Of a stretch of 64,000 nucleotides of DNA, positions 1 through 8,505 are shown in pieces (the first letter of the stretch is position 1; each line of letters starts with the position of its first letter). This stretch comes from Candidatus Marinacidobacterales bacterium (GTDB lineage: Bacteria > Acidobacteriota > Vicinamibacteria > Marinacidobacterales > DATDRI01): positions 3,104,001-3,168,000 of the forward strand of contig CBDCNP010000002.1 of NCBI GenBank assembly GCA_965219415.1. The letters run 5' to 3'. The notes under the pieces were generated by a model. It made no database searches and was not told the DNA's origin. It was given only the letters and a program-made list of their open reading frames with translations. The position numbers and the translations under genes were made by a program.

Positions 1-1
1 C

Positions 2-520
2 CTGAGGGATCAAAACATCCAAGTGCGCACCGGCCGGCGAGTCGTCAAGGTCCACCCGGACACGGTTGAGCTCGAGGACGGTTCTCGCGTCAAGAGTGAT
101 TTGACCGTGTGGCTGACCGGCCCGGCAGGCCCCGGGATCTTCGAAGGCTCGAAGCTCGAGCTCGACGGTCGCGGCTTCCTTCTCGTCGACGACGCCCTTC
201 GCTCGTTGAGCGATCCCAATGTGCTTGGCGTCGGCGATTGTGTCACCCTGGCAAACTATCCGGCCACGCCGAAGGCAGGGGTCTTTGCGGTACGAGAAGC
301 GCCGGTGCTTTGGGAGAGCCTTCTTTCCGCGGTCGGCCAGGGAGCCCTGCCTCGCTACCAACCGCAGGAGGGCTTTCTTTCTATCCTCAATACTGCCGAC
401 GGAAAGGCCCTGCTACGATACAAGTCCTACATCACACATAGTTTTCTCGCCTGGTGGCTCAAGGATTGGATCGATCGGCGTTTTGTGGCGAAGTACCAAG
501 GTCTGGTTGGAGCGAACTAG
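2..520 (+). CDS. FAD-dependent pyridine nucleotide-disulfide oxidoreductase of the type found N-terminally fused to SelD (5' partial)
   Basis: Frame is open from the window edge. Motifs VLGVGDC, PKAGVFAVRE and the C-terminal WWLKDWIDRRFV are typical of the NDH-2-like 'Nterm_to_SelD' family. Confidence 0.75.
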   Translation: MRDQNIQVRTGRRVVKVHPDTVELEDGSRVKSDLTVWLTGPAGPGIFEGSKLELDGRGFLLVDDALRSLSDPNVLGVGDCVTLANYPATPKAGVFAVREAPVLWESLLSAVGQGALPRYQPQEGFLSILNTADGKALLRYKSYITHSFLAWWLKDWIDRRFVAKYQGLVGAN

Positions 521-522
521 CT

Positions 523-1221
523 ATGTACTTCCGCCATTCCGACGAAATGTGGCGGAAGTTTCCGCAGCTCGTTCCTGGAGCGCTGGTTATTGCCGGCGTT
601 CACCCCGATGGCGAAGTGAGCCTCGCGCCCTGGTTCGATCGCGCTCGGGAACGCTTGGAGGCCGGTTCAGAGTCCAAGTTGCCCGAGATCGTCGCTTGGC
701 GTCGTGCCTACGCGCAGATGGGAATGAAACCCACTCAGTACCGTTCCGCGGCCGAGGCGCTTTTGCGTCGCTTCCGGACGGAAGACGATTTGCCTCGTCT
801 TCATCCTCTGGTCGATCTTTGTAACGCAGTCTCGCTGGCCTTCGCACTACCGGTCGCGGTTTTCGATCTCGCCAAAGTGGATCGGCATCTCGAAGTGCGT
901 CATTCAAAAGGTGTCGAGCAGTACTTGACCTTCTCCGGCGAAATTGAGACCCCGCCTCAAGGAGAGGTGATCTTCGCCGACGCTTCGAATCAGGCTCACG
1001 CTCGCCGGTGGACGTTTCGCCAGAGCAAGAGATCGGCGGTGGGCCCGGGGACAACGCGGGCGCTCATTGTCGCGGAGGGATTGCATGAGACGGCCTCCCG
1101 GGATGTCGCCGCACTAATGGACGTGCTCGAAGAGGCGCTCACGAAATCTTGGGCGGCTCCGCAACACCGGGTCCTTCTGAGCGCCGAGGCCCCCCGCTTG
1201 GAGCTCGAGACCGATCTCTGA
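523..1221 (+). CDS. Stand-alone B3/4 (PheRS beta editing-like) domain protein
   Basis: Motifs WRRAYAQMGMKPTQYRSAAEALLRR, PLVDLCNAVSL, VFDLAK and RRWTFRQS. ATG at 523 lies 2 nt after the upstream stop. Confidence 0.85.
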   Translation: MYFRHSDEMWRKFPQLVPGALVIAGVHPDGEVSLAPWFDRARERLEAGSESKLPEIVAWRRAYAQMGMKPTQYRSAAEALLRRFRTEDDLPRLHPLVDLCNAVSLAFALPVAVFDLAKVDRHLEVRHSKGVEQYLTFSGEIETPPQGEVIFADASNQAHARRWTFRQSKRSAVGPGTTRALIVAEGLHETASRDVAALMDVLEEALTKSWAAPQHRVLLSAEAPRLELETDL

Positions 1222-1507
1222 TATTAAAAGGAGGAAGCCATGCCAACGGTTCGATTGAGAAACGTGTCCGAGTATCCCGAGAAGATGCAAAAGCGCTTCG
1301 AGGTGGCCAAGGAGTGGTTCAACTATGACTTCGAGTCACCGCCGGCGATGAGCCTGGTGATGGCGTGGGACCCCGGGTTCGGAGCTCCGCATGGCCGCGC
1401 CATGAAGCGCGCCGCGGAACCTGGAGAGTTCACGCGCGCCGAAAAAGAGATGGTGGCGTCCGTCGTTAGCGGCGTGAACGCCTGCGAGTATTGAGTGAAG
1501 GCACATA

Positions 1508-1527
1508 CTGCGGCCGGGAAGCTGCAG
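1508..1527 (+). promoter_or_regulatory. Putative bacterial SECIS hairpin of the AhpD-like gene
   Basis: CTGCGGC-CGGGAA-GCTGCAG forms a 7-bp stem (one G-U pair). G is at the second loop position and the loop starts 20 nt after the UGA. Confidence 0.65.
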
Positions 1528-1901
1528 GGGATGAAGGAAGACGCACTCTGGTATGAAGCGGCGAACACGGTGGGGATCACCAACGCGCCTCAACGTCGTC
1601 ACCGATTCTCTGTCTCCCGACGCCAATACTCATCTTATCGAGCCCATAGATGAAGGGGCCGACGACAAGAGGACCGCCCTGTGTTTCGCGGAGATCCGAG
1701 ATTTTTACCAGAGTGAGGAAGTGCCGCTTCCGTTTCGGATCGCGGCGCATGACCCGGGCTACCTGGGAGATCTTTGGGAGACCGTCCGACATGCATTCAG
1801 CGATAGACGGCTCACCAGACGTCTCAAGGAGGCGCTGGCATTCGCGGTGTCGGTCACGACGACCTCCCGATTCGGCACCGTCTTTCACCTGGCGGAGATG
1901 C

Positions 1902-3336
1902 GAGTCAAGCCCATTCTTAGTTGAAACTCTCCACGGCTCACGTTTAAGCGACCTTCTTCTTCGATACGGTTGATGTCTTCGCCTCGATCTTCAGTTCCCG
2001 CTTGAGAGCTTCGCGAAGCTTGGGAAGATGGCGGTAGCCCACCACCTTCCTCAAGCGCGGTTCGATGTCTACGAGCGCCGTTGCCAACCAGCGCTGGCGT
2101 TGGCTTGAGTTCTTCCAGTGGTCGACCTTCGTGCAGCGTTCCTCGACGAGAGCATTGACGGACTCAAGGCAGTTCGTCGTCTTGAACGAACGGCCCAGCA
2201 CCGCGTGCACGCCGAGTCGATGCAACGTCAGCGTCTCCTCGAGGCCTTCCTCCAGGCTGCCAGCTGCGGATTGGTTCCGCTCTTCTAACTCACCGTGGAG
2301 TTGCTCGAGCGCAGTGAGGGCCTCTTCGTACTCCGGCCTGTTGTAGGCCCACTGGAGCCGCTTGCGCCATGACGCCTGCTCGCCCTTGGACAGGTAGCTC
2401 ACTACGTTTTCACGTTTGTGCCACTGGCAGCGTTGTATCAGGGCCCGCTTACGGAATGCCTTCTTGACTGCCGCTTGGAGACCCTTGCCGCCGTCGATGA
2501 TCACCAGCAGACCCTGGGAGATATCGAGTCCCCGCTCGAGCAGTGAACGCAGGAACGGCGTCAACACCTGCGCGTTCTCCGTGTCCGTCTCCACGAAGCC
2601 CAAGAAGCGTTTTTCCCCGCAAAGCGTGATGCCCAGAGCCACGACCATCGTTGCCTCGGCGAATGTCTTCCCATCCAGAAACAGCGCCACCACATCCTCG
2701 CCGGTCAGATCCCGTTCCTGCATCTCCCGCAGCTTCGCAGCGCTCGCTTGCACGAACCCTCGGGACACCGTTGAGCTCGACAGCCCGATGGCGCCCGGAA
2801 TCGCTTCCGCTGCCGCCTCGTAGTTGCGACAAGAGATTCCGTAGAGAACTCGTTTCAGCAGAAGATCATTCACCTCACCGCCGTGGCTCACCGCCTCGTA
2901 GCAGCGAAGCGGAATCTCTCCTCCCTCGATGCTCCGAACCCGTGGCACACGGATCGGTACCCGCTGGCCGCCAAGCCCTACCGTGCCCGGGTTGCTTCCG
3001 GGACGGCGACCGCGCTCCAGCTCGTCCTTGCGAGAGTATCGCTCTCCCGCCAACGCCTTCACTTCGTCGTCGAGCAACTCGTGAACGTGCATTAGACCAA
3101 GGGGGACCAACCAACGGATCATCTCTACCTTGGCGTCCAGCGCGAGTTCCCCGTAATCCTCGTGCCTCACCATCTCGACCTCACCCAAACGACGCGACTT
3201 CTTGCGTTTCTTGACCGAACGTAGCAGACTTCCCATCTCGGCTCCTTTCTTCGCGGCTTGATTTTGTTTTGTCCAACGCCATCAAACCACGGGGTTTGGA
3301 GCCGTTTCAATTCCCAACTAAGATTGGCACACTTTC
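1902..3336 (-). mobile_element. IS256-family insertion sequence (~1435 bp)
   Basis: Imperfect terminal IRs: GAGTCAAGCCCATTCTTAGTTG at left, and the reverse complement of the right end reads GAAAGTGTGCCAATCTTAGTTG. Flanking 8-bp TSD GGAGATGC (1894-1901) / GCAGATGC (3337-3344), one mismatch. Confidence 0.9.
1944..3236 (-). CDS. IS256 (Mutator-like) DDE transposase
   Basis: Motifs FLDGK, VALGI..G.KRFLG, IIDGGKGL, QRCQWHKRENV and TTNCLES; 430 aa. Confidence 0.93.
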   Translation of the reverse strand: MGSLLRSVKKRKKSRRLGEVEMVRHEDYGELALDAKVEMIRWLVPLGLMHVHELLDDEVKALAGERYSRKDELERGRRPGSNPGTVGLGGQRVPIRVPRVRSIEGGEIPLRCYEAVSHGGEVNDLLLKRVLYGISCRNYEAAAEAIPGAIGLSSSTVSRGFVQASAAKLREMQERDLTGEDVVALFLDGKTFAEATMVVALGITLCGEKRFLGFVETDTENAQVLTPFLRSLLERGLDISQGLLVIIDGGKGLQAAVKKAFRKRALIQRCQWHKRENVVSYLSKGEQASWRKRLQWAYNRPEYEEALTALEQLHGELEERNQSAAGSLEEGLEETLTLHRLGVHAVLGRSFKTTNCLESVNALVEERCTKVDHWKNSSQRQRWLATALVDIEPRLRKVVGYRHLPKLREALKRELKIEAKTSTVSKKKVA

Positions 3337-3514
3337 GCAGATGCGCCGGCTGGGAGTAGGAAACAAGGGAGTCATGGAAGTATTAGGCATGACCCAGATG
3401 TTCTCTAGCTACACGAAGATCGCGGATACCCTTCAGCTGGATCCCGACATGAGTGAGATCGCACCCATCGACCGATCTCCCGTGCCCGATCCAAGCTGAA
3501 TCGAGGAGGGAATC

Positions 3515-4171
3515 ATGAAAAAGTGGTTCATTGGAATCGCCATAGTTGCCGGCGTGGCCGGCCTCGCCGGCTGGGGCTACTATTACGCTCTCGAGAAGGC
3601 ATGGATTCCCTACAACGAGTACGACATCCGTTCAGAGGGCACGCTGAGGGTGGGCGATCTCGCACCCGACTTGGAGCTCGCGAGTGCGGACGGGGGGACT
3701 CAAAAATTATCCGATCTCTTCAAACAAAAGCCGTTGGTTCTCATCTTTGGAAGCTACACCTGACCGCCGTTTCGAGCCAGTTTGGCCGAAGTCGAAGAGC
3801 TGAGAACAAAGTATCGAAACGACGCCGAGTTTGCCATCGTTTACATCAAAGAGGCCCATCCCGGGGACGAGTGGCAAGTAGATAGCAACACCGAGGGGGA
3901 AGTCATCTATAACCAGCCGAATTCCTTCGAGGCCCGGATGGATCTCGCCAAGACTTTCATTGACAAGATGGACGTGAAGACCCCGACGCTGGTCGACGAT
4001 ATCCAGAACACCGCCATGGCTTGCTACGCGGCGTGGCCGGAAAGGCTCTACGTCATCGAGACCGGCGGCACCATTGCCTACAAGGGGGATATGGGACCCT
4101 TCGGATTCAAGCCTGAGAAGGTGGAGAGCTACCTCGAGGAGCGTTTCGCCGGAAGGGGCGCGACAGACTAG
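3515..4171 (+). CDS. Iodothyronine deiodinase-like selenoprotein with N-terminal membrane anchor (Sec at TGA 3761-3763)
   Basis: ORFs 3515-3763 and 3782-4171 are in the same frame across the TGA: KPLVLIFGSYT-U-PPFR. Downstream deiodinase motifs YIKEAHPGDEW, YAAWPERLYVI and GPFGF. RBS GAGGAGG. Confidence 0.9.
3771..3790 (+). promoter_or_regulatory. Putative bacterial SECIS hairpin of the deiodinase-like gene
   Basis: TTCG-A-GCCA-GTT-TGGC-CGAA forms a stem with an A bulge. The apical loop begins with G, 16 nt after the UGA. Confidence 0.65.
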
Positions 4172-4230
4172 CCTCGTTCCAACTTGAACCTGGCCTAAGC
4201 TTCGGTGTTTGATTTCGGCGAAGTCCAAAA

Positions 4231-5300
4231 ATGAAACCCAACCTTGCTCTTCCGCTCCCCGGATCCGGGCAGCAGATTCGGGCTTTGCAACGAGAGCGGA
4301 AGGCCTTGGCCGTCGAGAGCGCGGGGCGGTCTCGTTTCTGGCGGCCGAGACTGACCCATATCGACACCTCGAAGCTGGACGAACCGGAGGAGTGGCGGAA
4401 GATACCGATCCTTGACAAGGAGATGCTTCGCTCCCTTTCCAACGACCAGTTTTACAACGACTTCTGCATTCCGGCTCCCGGTAAGATAGCCGAACACTGG
4501 CGCTCTGGTGGGACAACAGGGAGGCCGCTCTTTTATCTCCGTACGTTCGAAGACATTCGTTACGCGATGGTGGGCTTCGCACGAAGCTTCATGGCGATGA
4601 ACGTGCAGCCCGGTGAAACCGCGCATCTCTCCCTCCCGCTGGGCATCCACCCGGCCGGTCACATGTGGGCCCGGGCCGGCGAGATGATGGGGATCGGCAT
4701 GAACTGGGTCGGATCGGGAGCCGCGGCGCCTTCGGAGCTCCAGCTCGAGCTGATCGCCACTCTGAAGCCCTCGCTTTGGATCGGCATGCCTAGCTACGGC
4801 CTTCACCTAGCCAACCTTGCGGGCGCTCGGGGTCAGAATCTCCGAGACGGGTCGGTCCAAAAAATTCTGTGCACGGCCGAGCCGCTGTCCCGAGCCAAGC
4901 GCGAAAAGCTCGAGCGCGCGTGGGGAGCCGAAGTGTACGACGCTTTCGGCATGACCGAAGTTTCGATGATGGGTGCCGAAGGCGAGGCAGGGGATGGCCT
5001 CCACATGTGGGCCGACCTTGCGTTCATCGAGGTCGTCGATCCCGCTACCAGCGAGCCTGTGCCGGCTGGCGAACCTGGACTCCTGGTGGTCACGTCACTT
5101 TTCACGAACAACACGACACCTTTTCTAAGATGGTGCTCGGGCGACATCGTGGCTTATCGCGAGCAACGCCACGGCGAGGATCCACTCTCGGTTTTTCCCC
5201 TCCTCCGCCATGCTCACCGAACCGCTGGTTTCTTCAAGATTCGTGGCGTCAACATTAACCACTCGGAGCTCGAGGACCTGATGTTCGCCGATTCCGATTC
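4231..5300 (+). CDS. Phenylacetate-CoA ligase (PaaK)-like adenylating enzyme, C-terminal domain apparently truncated
   Basis: Motifs IPILDKEMLR, RSGGTTGRP, TAEPLS, YDAFGMTE, FLRWCSGD and FFKIRGVNI..SELEDL. Similarity ends near 5300 and the frame runs on into the next gene. Confidence 0.75.
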
Positions 5301-5394
5301 TAGACCGGAGACAGTAGCACGGTTACTCTCGGCCCTCCCAAGGCGAGCCGCCCGACTCGTGGTAGTATCGATCTCGGCGTCCTTCCTAAGAACG

Positions 5395-6429
5395 ATGAAG
5401 ACAGCATCTCCACCAACGGCCGAGGACGTAAAAGAACTCGCCCTCGAGCTGGGGGCCGATCTCGTCGGCGTCGCGAGCGCCAAGACACTTAACGCCTTCC
5501 CTCCAGACCCCAAGTATCCGCAGACCCCGGAGCGCGTCTCGCCTTACTGCAAGAGCGTCATCGTCGTCGTGCAACGCATCCCGGTCGGTGCCTTCCGCTG
5601 TAAATCCAATGTGCCGGTTCAGTACTTGGACATGCTCGTGCTCCGGAAGATGGACAAGGTCGCCTACCGGTTGGCCGAGCATTTGGAGCGAGCAGGTTAT
5701 CCGTCCTTTGTTACCGCGGCCCAGGAGACCGACTGGAACTATAAGCGAGCCAGCTACGGGAGGCTGAGCACGCGCCACCTCGGGATCGAAGCGGGACTCG
5801 GTACTTTCGGTCTCGAAGTCAACATTTTGACGCCGGAGTACGGGCCGCGAGTCTACCTCACCGGAATTCTGACCGAGCTCGAGCTCGAGCCCGATGCACC
5901 CATGACCGAGCAGGTGTGTATCGGTGAGTCCTGCAGCCGGTGTCTCTACAGTTGTCCGACCGATGCCATAGGGCATTTCGACATCGACAAACGCGACTGC
6001 GCGAAAGAGGCGCAAGAGTTCGGATTCACCACCATCCTCAAGTATTTCGAGCGTTTCGTGGCGTCGTCCCGGGAGACCAAGGCGGGGATGCTGAAATCGC
6101 GTGACCTGTACGGATTTTGGCAGGGGTTGCTACGGGTAGTCGGATCCTTCGGGGACTGTCCGCGATGCCTCGCCGTCTGCCCGGTCGGAGACGACTACTA
6201 CGCGCATTTGGTCGAGATACAGAAGTTCATTCCCGAAACGACCGACGAAAAGATCACCAAGGCCAAGGGGTTCAAGGCGGCCCGCAAGCGTGGCGATGCC
6301 ATCGAGGGGCTCAACGAATGGAACGCCCGATGGGTGGGACCGGAGGGCTACCAAGGGCTCGTCGCACGGCACCTGAAGAAATTCCGTGAGAAACAAAAGG
6401 CGCTTCTAGCGCGGTCTGCGAAGAGATAG
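5395..6429 (+). CDS. QueG/reductive dehalogenase-like 2x[4Fe-4S] (putatively cobalamin-binding) protein, paralog 1
   Basis: Motifs VKELALELGADLVGVA, EAGLGTFG...LTPEYGPRVYLTGILTEL, CIGESCSRCLYSCP and CPRCLAVCP. Probable own start at ATG 5395, in frame with the PaaK ORF. Confidence 0.75.
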   Translation: MKTASPPTAEDVKELALELGADLVGVASAKTLNAFPPDPKYPQTPERVSPYCKSVIVVVQRIPVGAFRCKSNVPVQYLDMLVLRKMDKVAYRLAEHLERAGYPSFVTAAQETDWNYKRASYGRLSTRHLGIEAGLGTFGLEVNILTPEYGPRVYLTGILTELELEPDAPMTEQVCIGESCSRCLYSCPTDAIGHFDIDKRDCAKEAQEFGFTTILKYFERFVASSRETKAGMLKSRDLYGFWQGLLRVVGSFGDCPRCLAVCPVGDDYYAHLVEIQKFIPETTDEKITKAKGFKAARKRGDAIEGLNEWNARWVGPEGYQGLVARHLKKFREKQKALLARSAKR

Positions 6430-6439
6430 TTCCCGCATT

Positions 6440-7456
6440 ATGATCGAGACTTACCAAGCGCCGCTTACCGCCCAGCAGATCAAGGCAAAGGCACGTGAGC
6501 TCGGCGCCGACTTGGTCGGAATCGCCGACGGCAAGGTGATGGAGGAACACCCTCCCGAACCGAGCGATCCGCGGCGACCCTCCGATATCACCGACTATGA
6601 CGCCGATCGCGTCATCGTCATGGCGAAAAAGTATACGAGCGGCACCTCCCGCATTCTCCCCTGGAACGATCGCCACAAGTACTACAACGACGAGCTGACT
6701 TTAACCATGTTGGAAGAGGCCTCGCTGGAGCTCGTTTACTGGCTCGAGGACAACGGCTATCCGTCGGTCATCATTCCTCCCACCCACGTCGACCCCTGGC
6801 GCTATCAAGACCAGCCGGAGGAACATCAAAAGACGCTACTATCGCTCACCCATGCTGCGGTCGAGGCGGGATTGGGGACCCTCGGCCTAAACCTGCAGCT
6901 GCTTACCCCCGAGTACGGACCGCGGGTGATTCTCACTGCGGTGCTGTGCTCCGTGGACTGCGAAGCAGGCAGTCGCGTCGAAGAAGCGTTATGTCTCGGA
7001 CCCGAGTGTGGGCGGTGTTTGGAAACCTGTCCCGGAGACGTCGTCCAACATTGGAATCGCGATTGGGAAGGCTGTGATCGTTACCGATCACCCCACGGCT
7101 TCGCCCAGCTCACCGACCATCTGGTCAACATCCTGGACCAGACGGACGTCCCCAAGCAAAAAGAGATGATCCGCTCGGAGGAAAGCTTCAACCTCTGGCA
7201 GAGTATTTTGCGAGGGGCCGGCGTCATTACTGGCTGCCGCCGCTGCCAAGACGTCTGCCCGGTGGGAGAAGACTACGCCGCCCTCGAGGATGCACTCGAG
7301 GAGCTCCCGGAGAGCACGCCCGAGAAGAAGCAACGTCTCCTAGAGATGATGAAGGTCGAGAAAAAGGAAATCCCCCCTGGCGGCTACCAAGCCCAGCGCC
7401 GCTGGATCGGGGAGGTTACGTACCGGAAGCCCTGGCCTAAAGCTTTCGACGTTTGA
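6440..7456 (+). CDS. QueG/reductive dehalogenase-like 2x[4Fe-4S] protein, paralog 2
   Basis: Motifs IKAKARELGADLVGIA, HAAVEAGLGTLG...LTPEYGPRVILTAVL, CLGPECGRCLETCP and CRRCQDVCP. Confidence 0.78.
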   Translation: MIETYQAPLTAQQIKAKARELGADLVGIADGKVMEEHPPEPSDPRRPSDITDYDADRVIVMAKKYTSGTSRILPWNDRHKYYNDELTLTMLEEASLELVYWLEDNGYPSVIIPPTHVDPWRYQDQPEEHQKTLLSLTHAAVEAGLGTLGLNLQLLTPEYGPRVILTAVLCSVDCEAGSRVEEALCLGPECGRCLETCPGDVVQHWNRDWEGCDRYRSPHGFAQLTDHLVNILDQTDVPKQKEMIRSEESFNLWQSILRGAGVITGCRRCQDVCPVGEDYAALEDALEELPESTPEKKQRLLEMMKVEKKEIPPGGYQAQRRWIGEVTYRKPWPKAFDV

Positions 7457-7665
7457 GTAACAGGAATTCTCAAGTGGGTTAGGGCGCGCCCACGACAGTG
7501 TCATCCCCTAACTAACCCAGTAGCTAGAGCTTACGGTCATAGGGTTCCGTTGGTCATATTTTATATTCTTTAATTAGCTCTATGAGATAACTATTGCAAA
7601 TAAATTATGAGAATCGCCGAAATTGTGATATTATCGATGCAACAATTAGCCTCAAAGAAGAACTA

Positions 7666-8502
7666 ATGAACTCACAATATCACGCTCCGGCCAAGACACT
7701 GGGACCCCAAGCGGCGGGCCTCGTGGTGGCGTTGTATGAATGTGATCGCCCCGTTTTCACAGTGAAGGAGGCGGCGGACATTACGGGACTAGGTCCAGCC
7801 GCCGCCGCCAGGTTCCTGCACAAGCTCGCGCGACGTGGAATCCTGACCCACTTGGGACGTGGCCTCTACAGGCTCATCCCTTTCGAATTGGGTTCGGCAC
7901 GCGAGTTCCTTGGCAATCCGTTCGTTATCGTGCGTGAGTTCGCGCGGGGCGCCGACTACTACGTCTCCCACGCATCGGCAATGGACATTCATGGCATGCT
8001 CACCCAACCCCAACTCGTCGTGTACGCAACCTCCCCGAAGCAGATTCGGAGTCGGGAGGTGCTGGGCACCGTGTTCCGGCTCGTGCGATGCAAGGCAAAT
8101 CATTTTTTCGGCACGTTCGAGCACTGGGCAGACAAGCAGGAAAAGATCGTCGTGAGCGACCTAGAGCGGACTGTGCTGGACGGCCTGAAGCAGCCACAGT
8201 ACACCGGAGGGATTACCGAGGTCGCCAAGGGGATGTGGATGAGGCGGGATGGTCTCAGCGTTCCCAAACTCGTCGACTACGCGCTCCGGCTCGGAATCGG
8301 CGCAGTCGTTCGCCGCTTGGGTTTTCTGCTCGAGCTCTATGAGCTTGGACCTTCGACGGAGTTGGATCGCCTTCGGGATAAACTGAGCTCGACGTACATG
8401 CTTCTCGACCCGCTGCTTTCTCCGGGAGGCAAGTACTTGTCTCGCTGGCGACTGCGCCTCAATGTAATACCCGAGGAACTTCAAACCGTCGTACGTACGT
8501 GA
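7666..8502 (+). CDS. abiEi: Type IV TA antitoxin, AbiEi-family transcriptional regulator
   Basis: N-terminal wHTH (L..LARRG.LTHLGRGLY), YYVSHASAM..HG, VSDLERTVLDGL and RRLGFLLE. Directly upstream of an AbiEii gene. Confidence 0.8.
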   Translation: MNSQYHAPAKTLGPQAAGLVVALYECDRPVFTVKEAADITGLGPAAAARFLHKLARRGILTHLGRGLYRLIPFELGSAREFLGNPFVIVREFARGADYYVSHASAMDIHGMLTQPQLVVYATSPKQIRSREVLGTVFRLVRCKANHFFGTFEHWADKQEKIVVSDLERTVLDGLKQPQYTGGITEVAKGMWMRRDGLSVPKLVDYALRLGIGAVVRRLGFLLELYELGPSTELDRLRDKLSSTYMLLDPLLSPGGKYLSRWRLRLNVIPEELQTVVRT

Positions 8503-8505
8503 ACT

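Larger units (their letters stand above)
1240..3499 (+). pseudogene. AhpD/carboxymuconolactone-decarboxylase-family selenoprotein (CxxU), tandem CMD domains, interrupted by IS256
   Basis: RBS AAGGAGG precedes ATG 1240. KEMVASVVSGVNAC-E-Y-TGA(1492-1494)-VKAH matches the AhpD CxxCxxxH motif. There is a +1 frameshift near 1588, then a second CMD repeat (KEALAFAVSVTTTSRFGTVFHLAEM | IS | RRLGVGNKGVMEVL...KIADTLQLDPD). Confidence 0.8.
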
